From: the human T2T-CHM13v2.0 reference genome, Homo sapiens
Strand: one strand, 5' to 3'
Assembly: GCF_009914755.1 (NCBI RefSeq)
Contig: NC_060933.1
Length of the DNA: 64,000 bases
The first letter of the stretch is position 1, and the number at the start of each line of letters is the position of its first letter. Both the position numbers and the translations under genes were made by a program. Below the pieces are notes generated by a model. That model had not been told where the DNA came from, searched no databases, and saw only the letters and a list, made by a program, of their open reading frames with translations. Shown piece after piece: positions 1 through 13,436 of the stretch.

Positions 1-534
1 GATCCCTAAAATGTCAGTGGCCACACAGACTCACCTGACAGGAGGGGAAGTGTGACAGAGGCATAGCTAGAGAGGAAACAGATCGGACCCTTACCCTACT
101 ACAGTGAACATAGGATGCAAATTTTATTGTGACTTATGACATGTCGACACAAAGGTGGAACCCCTCCTGGGGCATTGGAAGGCAACTGTGCAATTGAGTG
201 TAAGCTTTGTTAGCTTCCGGGTAAATCTGCCTTTGCTAAAAACTTGAACTGACTTTAGACATGTCTGCTTTTAGGGGTAGTGACCTAATTAATATCAGTG
301 GAAAGATAAATTTCTGTCCTGCTCTCTTCTCACAGATACACCTGTGGGTAGACAGCCAGAGCAAATTATAAATTTTAAAGCATTTTTTTAGTTCTATGCT
401 ACCAAAATGTAGACTTGGAGGTAAGAAACTATGTTTTAGCTAAGAATACATATGCATATTTAGACAATAAACAGGAGGGACTGAGTGTAGAAGCAAAAAC
501 AAGCTATCCTGCATAATAAAGAGGGAAGCATTTA

Positions 535-1027
535 CATTATCACTGTGGAACAAACCATCCCAAACATGGTGGCTTAGAATACAAAGTCATTTATTCTCTT
601 TTGTGATTCTGTGGGTTGACTGAACTCACTCGGAAGTTCTGCTCCATGTGAGATCAGCAGGGGCTGTGTCATGTGGTGGCACAACGGTGCCAGCACATCC
701 AGCTTGGTTCACTCACACGGTGGCCAGTTGATGCTCCCAGAAGGGAACTCAGCTGGGGCTGTTGGCCATAGTGTCTTGGCCTTCTTCCATGTAGCTTGTC
801 TGCATCGGATAAGGTTCTTACACCACGGTTTTCAGAGGTTCTAAGAGAGCGTGTTGGAACAAAAATGGAAAGTGTAGTTCTTTTAGGGCCCAGTTTTAGA
901 AAGTTATATAGCATATTTCCAAAACATCATATGGATCAAAGGAAGTCATAGTCCAACCTAGGTTCAAGGAGGGGAGGAACAGAATCCTCTTGTTGGTGGG
1001 ATGAGTGGTAACAAATTTGTGGCCACC
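535..1027 (-). mobile_element. Old MaLR LTR (MLT1H/I-like), decayed
   Basis: Begins with 'aacaaaccatcccaaacatggtggcttag...tttattctc...gattctgtgggttgact' and ends 'ggtgggatgagtggtaacaaatttgtggcca', the reverse complement of the MLT1 LTR pattern. Boundaries are approximate. Confidence 0.7.
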
Positions 1028-1229
1028 AGAGGAGATAAAGGGATCCAAAGGTTTGCATTCATATAGGGTCATCACTTACATCTGGATTATAAAAATAGAA
1101 ATAAACAAAGATAAGAAGACAATGCCTAACACATAGTAAATGCTTAAAAATTGTTCATTGATTTAGAATTTATGGGCCTACAACTTTTAATGTACGTGAT
1201 CTTACATTTTCATTTCTTGAAAATGTTTA

Positions 1230-1658
<429 letters not shown>

Positions 1659-4600
1659 TCATTTTTCTGTGGTCTTGATCCTATAGATCTATGGGATTTG
1701 GGTTTTGTGGGATAATTTACAGCCCCCTTTGCTTTCTTTTTTTACTTTTCTTTGCTCCATTAGCTTTTGTGGATGGTGATGGGAGAGATGGTCTCTATGG
1801 CGAGGTCTCCTCTAGCGCATAGGCTCAAAGGCAATTTTCCAGTGTGAGACAATCTGCCACAAGAGGTGAACAATATCACCATGCGAGTGTTATCCCCAAC
1901 CATAGCACATGTTTGCCTCACACCACAGATTCTGACAATTAAGAGGGTGGAAAACCAGTTTTCCAAAAGCAAAAAAGTTTGGACAGTGGAAGAGGGAAAT
2001 AAGGGGCTTGCTCGTCCACATGAAATATTAGCTTGAACACAAGAGGAAGCCATGAGAACCATAAAGATGAGGTGGGAATAAAAACCCCTGATGCATGCAC
2101 AACTCACCTGGGATTAAAACCCAAGGCCATCCTGGAACCTGATATAACCATTCCTGTTGTAATCTAAAGCCTTGTCAACATATTGCAGGTGCACACCACA
2201 TGACCAGGTGGGGAAAAAAGAGGCGAAGCCAACTGGGAAGAGATGTGTCAGTTTCATCTTCATAATACGTACATCCCAAGGTGCATGTGTGCATCTGGTT
2301 TCTATTTCAGAACTTTTTACTAGTAGCTTTACAAAAACCGGGCGGACAATTCTGTGAGTTAAGGAGACCATATGTTAACGAGGGGTTGGGAGGGACGTGG
2401 CAGTGTTGCTGAGGGACCTAGCGGGGCTGCTGGGGACCAAGAGGAAGAACCCAAGAGACCTAGGAGGGGGTACTCAGACTTGAGGTTGGGCCACCTAAAT
2501 GGTCATATGTTGCTTGGCAGTGCTGAATCTTCAGAGTCCAAATAATTTTGAAGACACAAATTAAAAAAAATTGTTTTGAGGCTGATTGCATTTTGGACAC
2601 AGTGAAAATCCTTTTCTGATGTGGAACAGATTGAATTCTAGAGCTGAAAGGGACTTTAGAGTCATTCTAGTCCCAATCTTCATTGACAGGCGAATCCCTC
2701 TTGAAGGCCTTGTGTGACAAATGGGATATTGGACCTGCCCAAGGTTACAGGATTTGTGTTAGAGGCAACCCAGAGACCCATATTCATGAGCCAATCCAGG
2801 GGTCTTTTCTTAAATATGTTCTGCTCTTATGGAGCACTAGCCTCATGAATGTGTTAAGACCCCTCAAGTCCCAGGTTCCTGGGCCACTCCTCTCCCTCTA
2901 ATGATCAACTACCTTGCATTTGTCCAGTGGTCTTCGCTGAAGATCACAGTTGGAACATTTTTCTTATTGTTAGGTAAAGAAATGCCATAATGATACTCTT
3001 GCTGTAAGTCCTTCTCAATGGTTTGGCCACACAGGAATTTATTAATTTTCCTCTGGAAAGCTATTGTCTCCACTTTTATAAAGTGGTACCTGGGTCCCCC
3101 CTACTGCCATCAATATGCCAGCGCACCCATAGAGTTACTTAAGACCTCTCAATTCGTTCTCATTTATTCATTAATTTGTTTATTGGAGAGAGCTTTATTG
3201 AGGACTTATTTTAGGTAAGGCATTATGATGGATCCTATAGGGGCAACATATAAAATGGATATAAACCCCAAACTCAAGAAACAGACTGCTTAGTAGGGTT
3301 GAAAATGTAATACTATTTTTTTAGAAGAAGTGTTTAGTCAAAAATGATAATAGGAGTTTGGTTTTACAGCTGAAGTTGTTGATCTGGGACTTAGTTGGGT
3401 CAGATTTGGTTGTGGAAGAAGGAGAAGAGGCATCTAGATGGTGGAGGCTATTTGAGTAAGGGCACTTCCTTTGTCTTTATTTCATTCTCATCTTTAGAAG
3501 CTGGGGTCTTGAAGAAGAGAATGACTGGGGTGCTCCTCTGCTGTTGCTACCCCTGTCAACAGTTTTCCCAACTCTTTCACTAAGAAGATGATAATTTTTT
3601 GAATTTCTCTTTGCTCTTCTTTCTTCCTATCTCTGATATTTTTATTGGGTATCAGAAGAAACTGGGAAACAAATAAACTGTTTCTTAATACTTACCATCA
3701 TATTATCATCAGACTCTCTAAGTGTCCCATAAAAAAAGAAAAGGGACCACTCATGCCTTGTAAATGTCAAACTAGACTGTTTCCCCTGAAAACATCTACT
3801 CTTGTAGTCTCTGAGGCTTTTCCCATGTTCTGCTTTGTTTCATTTTTCTTGAAACTTCCATGATATGCTTCTGAACATCTAGCAAACTCAAAAACATAGG
3901 ACTGCTTCTCTGAGTGGGGAAAGTCCAGGGAACTCCTTTATGTTGTCCCAGTGAGTTCAAAAGGGCCCATTTCACTTTTCCTGCAGGGACACCCAAGTGA
4001 AACCTTCAAGTGATGTGCCAGGGAGCAGCAGGCCCTGATGTGTGCTTATTCTTTTGGCAGTGTTGAGCTGACATGAGCATCTGTCAGGGCTGCTTTTTTA
4101 TGACTCCCGCTAGACAGCTTGAAAAGAGATGAAAAGGTTTATTGGATCTGAGGAAGAAAGTGGTCAGGAAAGAGCATAAGGTGGGTGGGGCTCCTTGCAG
4201 ATCTGAAGTTCCCTTCTGATTTCTGAGAATGCATGGTTGTTTTTGCTAGCCAAATAAGGTATGTGGTTTGTGTTCTCTCTTTCTCTTTCTCTCTCTGGGC
4301 CATCTTTGCGAAATATCTTAAAAACCTCTTGCCTTATATTTCTTTGTTTTTCAGGACCTGGAGTCAGCCTGTGAACCACCTTTTTTGGTATTTCACATGG
4401 CAGCAATCTCCTTAGCCCTGTGTTTTTGGAATCCTTTCTGGAAAATGCAAGAGGAAGAGGAGACGATGATTTAAGTGTCATTTCAATCTTTGTGCAAGCC
4501 CCCTACCCATCTCTTAGAACTTCTTGAAGCTGTTTGCTTTTGTCTTATGTAGCTAACAGTACTTCTTTGGACTCTGTGGCCTAAGGCCTCTTTTTGATGC

Positions 4601-4764
4601 TTATTTTAACCAAATTTTACCTATCTAATGACTTGGTCCCTACCTAAAGTCTTAGTCTTTTTCTAGGCTCTAAAGCCAATGCAGTCTTTGACTGGTTTAG
4701 CTTAAGTTTCTCAAAATAAGGTCTTTTTGTTGCCATTTGAGATCTGACTCTGTGACTCAATTTT

Positions 4765-6880
4765 GTTCATTCATTTGTTAATTTAGCAAATATATATTGA
4801 CTACCTACTAGTCTCAGACACTGTCCTAGTGTCTGGGAATATGGTAGGGAAAAAAGCAGACAAAATATGTATCTTCAAGGTAGGCCATATGACAACTCAA
4901 TAAGCAAGTGAATGGTGCATAGAGTACATTAAATGGTGTATTAGGCCATTCTTGCGTTGCTATAAAGAAGCACCTGGGACTGGGTAACGTATAAAAAAAA
5001 GAGGTTTAATTGGTTTATGATTCTGCAGGCTTTATAGGAAACATGGTCCTGGCATCTGGCTGGCTTCTGGTAAAGCCTCAGGAAGTTTTCATTTATGACA
5101 GAAGGTGAAGTGGGAGCAGGCACATCACATGGAGAAAGCAGGAGCAAGCAGGGCGGCGGGAGTGGGGGTGGGGGTGGGGGTGGGGGTGGTGCCACACACT
5201 TAAATGACCAGATCTTATGAGAATTCACTATCACGAAGACAGCACCAAACCATGAGGGACCCATCCCCATAATCCAAACCCCTCCTACCAGGCCCTGCCT
5301 CCAGCATTGGGGATTACAATTCAACATGAGGTTTGGGCAGGGACAAATATCCAAACTATATCACATGGTAATAAGTTTTACAGAGAAAGATGAAAGTGTA
5401 AAGGGGTAAGATGTGGCAGTAGGGGAGAACATTACGGTTTGTAAAGAGTAGCCAGGGAATTCACTGATAAGGTAACATGTGATCAGTTGCCACATAGAGA
5501 CCTTGAAGAAGAACATTGCAGGAAGAAGGAACAGAAAGGACAAGTTGCCTGAGAGTCTATTTAGACTGCCTGAGGTTTAGCAAGAATGTCTGCGTGGCTG
5601 GAGTGGGATAAGCAAAAGGAAGAGAATAGTTGGAGATGATGGCAGCATGGGGAATAGAGGCTGTCAGATCTTGTGGGCAAGTGTAAGACTTTTTAGCTTT
5701 TGCTCTAAGAAAGATGGGAAGGGTCTGAAGGGTTTTGTTCAGTGATAAGAAATGATACAATTTATATTTTTAGGGTATTATTTTGACTACTGTGTTGAGA
5801 AAGAACGATTAGAAAGCAAGAAAGAAAGCAGATTGAAGTTTTTTTCTAGGAGCAAGTTGGTGTCTTAGACAAGGGTGGTAGTGGCATAGGTGGGAAGAAA
5901 TGGGGGTTGGATTCTGGATATACCTTGAAGGTTGAGACAACAGTAGTTGCTGATGGTTTGGATGGGATAAGTGAGAGGAAGAAAGATGTCAAGGACAATA
6001 CCATGGTTTATAACCTGAGCAGCTAGAAGAGTAAAGATACTGTTTGCTGAGATATCACAGAAGGAATAGGCTTCAGAGTGTGGGGAAATATCAGAAATTG
6101 GTTTTGAGCATGTTGTTGGAGATGCCTATTAGACATCCAAGATGTCAACTAGGAATTTGATATAAGAATATAAAGTTTATGGAAGAAGTCAAAATGGGAT
6201 ATAATTTTGGAGTATATCATTTTATATATGCTACTTAAAGCCACGATACTGGCTAACGTCACCAAAGAAGTATGTGCAGAGAGAGGAGAGAAGTCTGAGG
6301 ACCAAGTCATGGGATATCTCGACATTTAGAGTATGTGAGAGAAGAAGGAACCTACAAAGGCAGATGAGAAGTAGTAGCCAGTGATGTAGTGAAATAACCA
6401 AGAAAGGTGCCCAAAGCCAAGTGAAAAGTATGATCAACTGTTTCAAATGTTGCTGATGATTCAAATAAGATGGAGACTAAGAAACTGGCCATTGCATTTG
6501 TCAACGTAGTGATTATTAGTGACCACGACTGTGCAAAATCCTGACTGGAGAAAATGGAAGGAGACACATCGGTGATGTAAAACGCTTTGTAAGATCTCAA
6601 TGAAAATGGAAGATGAAAATTTAAACCTTAATTGGAGAGAGATTTTGGGGTCAAGGGAGGTTTTTTATGTTTGCTGTTTATTTATTTTTGAGTTTATTTG
6701 TTAAGATAGGAGATAGTACATCATATTTGATGACAATGATAATGATGAAGTAGAAAGGGAAGGATTCATGTGGACTGAAGGGGAAAATTGTTGGAGTGAG
6801 TAGAGGAGAGGGGCTGAGACTTGTGGAACAATTGGAGGGGTTTGCCTTTGATATGTGCATGGAGAGGAAGACAGGAAAGC
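4765..6880 (-). mobile_element. L2 (L2a-like) 3' portion, interrupted by MSTA
   Basis: L2 3'-end signature 'ttcattcatttg...aaatatatattgactacctac' followed by typical purine-rich L2 antisense body ('gagatgcctattagacatccaag', 'tcaaatgttgctga'). Confidence 0.8.
4937..5363 (-). mobile_element. MSTA-type MaLR solo LTR
   Basis: Termini 'tgtattaggccattcttgcgttgctataaag' and 'ggacaaatatccaaactatatca'. 5-bp TSD aatgg/catgg. Confidence 0.9.
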
Positions 6881-6913
6881 ACTAGAAAGTAACCATCCTG
6901 AGGGCAGAGGTTT

Positions 6914-6940
6914 TGTGTGTGTGTGTGTGTGTATGTGTGT
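6914..6940. repeat. (TG)n microsatellite
   Basis: tgtgtgtgtgtgtgtgtgtatgtgtgt seen directly. Confidence 0.95.
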
Positions 6941-7229
6941 TTTACTGAAAACTAGTTTTATTTTAAAATTAAGTGCATAGCACTCATCTAATTCCATTGG
7001 TGTAGACTTTAGCACCATACTTGTTATTTGCAATTAATGTCATAACACAGATACATTTTGGTTTGCAGTCTGTGCTTGAGTAGTGTTTATTTGGTGGACC
7101 TCAGTGAAGCCCTTCATACATATTAATCTCTTCACAGTTGTGTGTTTTTTTTACTGCTCTCTCTCGGCACATGGAAAGTAATCAGTTGCTGACTGAATGA
7201 ATAGAACAGATGCAGGATTTGGCTTAATA

Positions 7230-7695
7230 TCCCTCCATGTTTCTCATTGCACCTAGAATAATATACAAATATCTTAACTCCACATAAAATTTAACTTGTG
7301 ATCTGTCTCCAGCCTTACTCACTAACTCCTCCATTCTCCTTCTCACCTACTTACACTGTCTTCTTCCATTTCTATGAACTCTTAATTATCTTCCTTATCT
7401 CAATTTCCTGTCCTAAAATGCTTGTCTTTTTCATCCCCCACTCTCTCCCCTTAAAACATGGCCAACATCTCCTTATCCTTCAGCTCTCACCTTAAATTTC
7501 ACTTCTGCAAGAAGGCCTTCCCTGCCTGCCCAATGGTTTCTCCTGTCAATCTCTCTCATCTACCTTCTTCTTCTTCTTTTATAATGTATATGTGTATTTT
7601 CTGTATCTTTTCCATCACTTTTAGTTTTGTCTTGTTCACTGTTATATAGCTCAATCTAGCACAGAACCAAGATCATAGTAGGTACTCAAAAATAT
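7230..7695 (+). mobile_element. L2 3' fragment
   Basis: Pyrimidine-rich L2 body ending 'tgtcttgttcactg...ctagcacag...catagtaggtactcaaaaatat'. Confidence 0.7.
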
Positions 7696-7711
7696 CTACG
7701 TTATAAAAAAT

Positions 7712-9995
7712 GGGGGCTTCCATGTCAAGAGGGCAGATTAAACCATATTTTCCCACTGTTTTCTAAAACCCCACTAAAATGAAAATAAAGGAATAAAAAT
7801 ATAAAAGCATAAGAACAAAGAACAAGGGAAGTGAAAACAGTGGATAACAGATAAATTTTTGGAAGATGAGAAACAGATGGAGGATAGGTAACTGATTTAG
7901 TGGAAGAAAGGAAGTTGAAAATACCTCTTTATAGAGGAGAATATATTGACAAGAAGTTAGCCATTCCTCCCTAACAAATCGTGAAAAGTTTCTAGAATGT
8001 TAGATGCCAGGCTTATGCCCTTTTGGATAGGGGGTTAGAAGATTCTTCTCTGGAGAAACAGGTCTAGAAGAAACATATATACAGATATTGTTATAGGGGA
8101 GGAGGCCCAAAACAAAAGCCCCATCATCCTAAAATAAAGCCCAAAAGCTTACAAGCCTAGCTCAAGCAAACAGAGCTTTAATTTTTTTTAAAAAGGCATT
8201 GAAATGACTATTTATTTTTTGTTATTTTATTTTAGATTCAGGGGAGTACATGTGCAGGTTTGTTACATGGATATATTGCATAATGGTGAGGTTTGGGCTT
8301 CTAGTGAACTTGTTACCCAGATAATGAACATTGAACCCAACAGGTAATTTTTCAATCCTCACTACCTTCCCACTCTCCCTTCTTTTGGAGTCCCCAGTGT
8401 CTATTATTTCCATCTTTATATCTATGTGTATGTATTGTTTAGCTCCCACTTATAAGTGAGAACATGCGGGTATTTGATTTCTCAAACAGAGCTTTTATTC
8501 TTTACTTTTCATTATAAATGGATGGTCAAAGAGCAATGGACAACATGAAATACTGAGACTATAAAAATATACTATATGCTGAGAACACAAAAAGAAGAAA
8601 TGTGGAAGAAAGAGATGATTCAGAGACTAGAAGAGGGATGGGAAGATACTGCATTTATGAAATGAGAAAACGGTACTCCAAAAAAGAACCAGAGAAAAAG
8701 ATTAGTAAGTAATCCCACGAGAGGCAACATTAAAACTAATAGAAGGGATAGGCATGGAAGATGAAGTCAAATTGCTCCTAGAAAGTAGACAGAAAGATTA
8801 AAAGATACTCATAGGAGAGAATACTTAAGCAAATTAGAGAATTGGTACAGAAATCAAAATGACCTAAGATAATAGGATTTCCAGAAAGAGAAGTGGGGGA
8901 GATTTTTCTTTCAAAGAAATAATACAAGAAAAAATTTTTCATAATGAAAGGAACAGGAATCTCCATACTGCAAAAGCCCACTTAGTTCCTAAAATCACGA
9001 CCAGAGCCAGGATACATACTCATGACAAGAAAGAAGGGGAAATCCTAAAAGTTTGCAGAGAGGAAAACACAGCTCACTTACAAAGATGAGAAACTAAGAT
9101 AACATTGTTCAATAGCAATGATGGAATAAATATAGACCGTAATAGAGCAAAGCCTTCTAAATTTGGAGAGAAAGTGATTTCCAACATAGAATTTTATACC
9201 TGGGGAGATTCATAATTAAGTATGAAAATAAAAGACAGAAAATTTCAGGTATGCAAGTTTGCAATAAATCTACTTTCCATGCTTCTTAGAAGCTACTGGA
9301 GGAAGTTGTGGAGTCTGGGGAATAGAAATTGCAATACAGTAAAGTGGTGAGGGGAACTTCCAGGATGGCAGGAAGGAAAACCTTGGGACATCAGCTCTGT
9401 GGCAGGACTGGAGAACAACAGTCTAGTCTGGAGCAAGAGAAGACAAGAAAAAAAATGTGATTAACAGATTTACCTAATAATTGAAGATATGAAAAATTAA
9501 ACTGAGGGCCTCTAAGAGAGGGTAGGAATATCTGGCCATAAGTGCCTAGACGTCTAAACAAATCCCACGAAAAGCAAAAGTTTCTATGCTAAAGGTAATC
9601 ATGCTTAATACTTGTCACACAGGTGAGCAACATTCAACAGTCACAATAATGTATATGTGAAATGATCATGAGCCTGAACAGTGCATTATATCAGGAAGGC
9701 GCAGAAAGGGTTAGTGAAGGTATGAGGAAGAGTGCTGTAAAAGAGCTAAAGTCTCCTCTACCACAATGAGAAGTCAACATATAGTGGGTAAAATTGAAAT
9801 CGGGAAAGAATGACATAAGCACAATATTTAAAAATATTTAGAAAAACTGAAAAACTGCTAATAATGTTGAAAGTGGGTGTTTTTGGGAAAGAAGATGGTG
9901 GTGAGGAAGGGAGGAGTGAGTCAAGGAGCTGTTGTTTTTTGTTATATACCTCACAGCATGAATACTTTTTAAAAACTATGTATATTTATGACAAA
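7712..9995 (+). mobile_element. HAL1 (half-L1, ORF1-only) or very old L1M ORF1 relic
   Basis: Decayed ORF1-like region ('ataggatttccagaaagag', 'aaagccttctaaatttggagagaaagtgatttccaacatagaattttatacc') followed directly by a HAL1-type 3' region ('cagctctgtggcaggactggagaacaacagtctagtctggagca'). No ORF2 endonuclease sequence follows. Confidence 0.65.
8180..8482 (-). mobile_element. 5'-truncated L1PB-type 3' end inserted into HAL1
   Basis: 'tagattcaggggagtacatgtgcaggtttgttacatgg...ctcccacttataagtgagaacatgc'. TSD caaacagagcttt at 8167-8179 and 8483-8495. Confidence 0.9.
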
Positions 9996-11282
9996 TAAGT
10001 AAGCATCGACTTCGGGAAAATTAAAAATGAGTGAGTGAGTGAGTAAGACACAGAGCAGAGGCTCATGGCATCTCTACCTTGGGATGTGAGTGGGGGAAAA
10101 TAAAGGGAATCGGCAGCTAGTTTCCCCTAGGTCAGTGCATCTGATTACAGGAGTTGACTCCTGATTGAGCCCACCGGGTTAAACAATGATGTGTGTCCTC
10201 CTCTCTTGGGAGTAATGTACATCCCCACACTCACCAGAAGTTCTGCAGGATATTTTCACTTGAGTAGCATGATACCAAATATGATTTTTTATTCTTTGTA
10301 ATTCAAACCTTCGGCCTGGATTTAAACACATACAAAAGTCCCTCTCAAATCACGTCCTTAGCATTTAAAAATGTTATAATCTGGATGGGAAAACCCGAGC
10401 TAACTGTTTGCAGGGAGGTCAAGGGGAATTTATTTACAGTCTTGTCTCTACTCTGACTTGACCCACATACTTGGGCCTCAATCCCCTGTACACTCTTATC
10501 GACTTCAAACAAAAAAGGTGCACCTTCATCTTCAGGGGTCTGCGAGGTAACCAGATGATTGGCTTATTGCAATAGTGATTCATCTCTCAACTAGGAGAGA
10601 AGAAAACTGCTCTAACGATGTAGGACATAAATGGAAACCAGAGCCCTGTTAGACTCACAACCTGAGTGAGCATTCTTATCTCTTGTGTTCCTTTTAAATC
10701 AACATGCCCATTAAAAATATATATATTACATGTGATATCATTTGAGGAGAAGAAAGTTGATTCTTTTAACAGGTCTGTTCTTTGCTAGGTGTTATACTCA
10801 GTTTTTACAAGGGGCTCCACAGTGTATTTCTGGACACCTTGTATATGTCTGATAAAGAGTAAAAAGCTAACATCATTTGTAGACTGAGGACCTGAACTGT
10901 GATGTTGAGTGTGGATATAATCAATAGGACAGTGATGAGTCTGATTAGATATACCGTCTATACTGATGACATCATTTCAATATAAATTATAGTTCAAAAA
11001 TGTGGTAAATGGGGCAATGTGGTGATCTCCATGTGTGAGTATGTAGAAGTGTGTGCATACTCATACACACATATGTTTAGAGTAAATATGTACAAATTTA
11101 TGGCAAAGATAAAGCCATAGTTAAGAAGAAAAGGGCGTAAGATCAGTGGTGTAAACCACGGACAAGAACTTGGGATTGTGGTAAGGGAAGGAGATTAGAA
11201 GTTAAAGGATTCATGCTGAAAGGTGAAAGTAAAGCCATTTTGTAGGGCTGGAAGGGTTTTTCTGCAACTCCCTTCTGCTTAT

Positions 11283-11385
11283 AAACAAGGAAATGTTGCC
11301 CTGGGAGAAGGAACTGACATATTCAGGTCACACGGTTAGCCAGTAACAGAGTTAAAACTAGACCATGACACTGGGCCCAGTGAAC
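11283..11385 (-). mobile_element. MIR fragment
   Basis: 'aaggaaatg...aactgac...caggtcacacggttagccagtaacagag' MIR core in antisense. Confidence 0.55.
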
Positions 11386-11884
11386 TTTGCAATTTATTCT
11401 GTTCCTTGCCTGGTCAAGTAGTGACAAGAGTCAGAGGTCATGGTCAGGCTTTCTTGTGACCATAGGATGGTTAGAGTTCACACGGGAGAAGGGTGAAAAG
11501 GTTAAGCATCGACTGCAACAGAAATGACCTGTCATTTGCCAGAATTCAGGCTAAGAGGCTAAACAGGTTAGAGATGACTGAAGATGAAAAGAGGTTAATC
11601 TTGAATGCATGTTTTATGTGTGAATCCACACCAAGTGGGAGCTTCAGACAAAATGGATTGATAAAAATTTTTCTAATTGCTTTTTATATCTCAGAAATAA
11701 CCACAGTATAGTAAATAAGAGGTGGCTTTCAATAATTGACTGAGAGTGTTAAGACTGGCTGATGGCAAAGCATGTAGAAACAGATTGGGAGAAGGCATTG
11801 GGCTTAGGGCACAGTGTCAGGGTCCAGTCATGGAGAGGAGTCAGGCACTCTTTGAATAAAAAGAACCAACGTTTATTTAGCTGT

Positions 11885-12375
11885 TGTATCAGAGTCCCAG
11901 CTGGAAATAGATGGCACACTCAAACTGAGTAATAGAGAATTTAATAAAGGAATGATTTTCAAAGGTGTGGCCAAGATTTAGGGAAAGCAACACTGATATT
12001 TCCACTCTTTAGGGCTGGCAGCAGTGGAGCCCTTAATACTCAAGGCCAGAAGAGACAAGTGGGTCAAACAGGCTCTGGAGCCTGGAGGCAGCAGCTGCAG
12101 CTCTAGGAAAGTGTTACTGGCAAGAGATTTTGATGTAAGGATGTAGCCAAATTATGGTGATCTGATGGGAAAAGAGTCAGAGGGTAACAACAACCACCAC
12201 CCTCATTTCACTTTTCTCCAGTGCTCTGATCTCGTACCACTAACTCTCTTTATCAAAACCTACAAGAAACTGGAAGGCATTGGGGTTCATTGATAGAGTC
12301 TCCATGGGTCAACCTCTTAGGGAAGAGCAGGGAAGAAAGGGAATCAGAAGTGGCAAGTACAGGATATCCAACACA
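11885..12375 (-). mobile_element. LTR33-type ERVL solo LTR
   Basis: 'tgtatcagagtcccagctggaaatagatggcacactcaaactg' ... 'ggatatccaacaca' matches the reverse complement of LTR33 termini. Confidence 0.8.
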
Positions 12376-12451
12376 GGGGGCTTGAACGATTATGACACAT
12401 TTCCCGTAAACTGGATATTGATTTATTATCTGGATAGACTTGTTTCTTGAG

Positions 12452-12803
12452 TGCTGTGGTCTGAATGCTTAAATCTGCCCAAAATTCATAACCTGACTTC
12501 CAAATTGATAGTATTAATAGGTGAGGCTTTCGGAGGTGACTAAGTCATGAGGCCAGTGCCTTCATAAATGGGATCAGTGAAGGTCCTTTAAAAGAGGCCC
12601 TGAGAGCTTATTTGCCTCTTCCACCAGATAAGAAAGAAGCAAGCAAGCACCATCTGTGAAGTAAGGAACAGGTCCTCACCAGGCATCAAATCTGTCTTGA
12701 TCTTGTACTTCCCAGCTTCCAGACTGTGAGAAACAAATTTCTGTCATTTACAAGCTACCCAGTCTATGGTAATTTGCAATAGCAGACCAAAAGAACTAAG
12801 ATA
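12452..12803 (+). mobile_element. MLT1A0-type MaLR solo LTR
   Basis: 'tgctgtggtctgaatg...cccagtctatggtaatttgcaatagcagaccaaaagaactaagata'. TSD ttgag/ttgaa. Confidence 0.85.
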
Positions 12804-13436
12804 TTGAAAAACAATTTTTTAAGAGAGTAACTTACGCCAACATCACACAAAATTACCAGGCTTTGGAAATGATGGAAAAAAGTCAATTCTGGGAGTGCTC
12901 CTTATCATGCTTCCATGATTATTTTTACTGTGTGCCACTGTCCTTTAACTTAACATGGTAAGATGGCTTTCTCAGGTGGGTTGATAAATGGAAAAGCCTC
13001 ACTTGACCTTATATTCTTTCAAAAAAATTCAGCTCTCTTGACTGAATGGAATATATTAGTCACATGACAAAGTCTACTGTGATGACCCAGTCTCCTTACC
13101 TTTAGTCCTGACCCATGGAAACCACTGTGGTTTCCAGGTGTAGAGGAATATGAGACTACTTAATTTTGAAAGTGTATGGATTTTAGTGGAAGCAGGAGCA
13201 CTTGTTCCCCTAGAGGCATTTTCTGCAATATAAGGCTAAATCTTCCCTCACTGTTTGTGAGTTTAGTAAAACATTTTATGAGCTCACCGTGGGGTATTAA
13301 GACCTATTAACAAGTAATTGGCCTTATAAGACCCTAATGAATAAAGTAGAATAACAAATAACTCATATACACTAAGAAATACAACTGTCAAATGAACAGG
13401 AATTCTTTCTTAGTTGAACATTTGATGGATTCTCAT

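Noticed and set aside
140-235. Possible hAT-Tip100 (Arthur1-like) terminus 'ttagcttccgggtaaatctgcctttg'
   Set aside because: Only a short resemblance at the window edge; cannot be supported without an alignment.
4941-5354. 137-aa ORF with a polyproline tract
   Set aside because: Translation of an MSTA LTR and its G-rich microsatellite.
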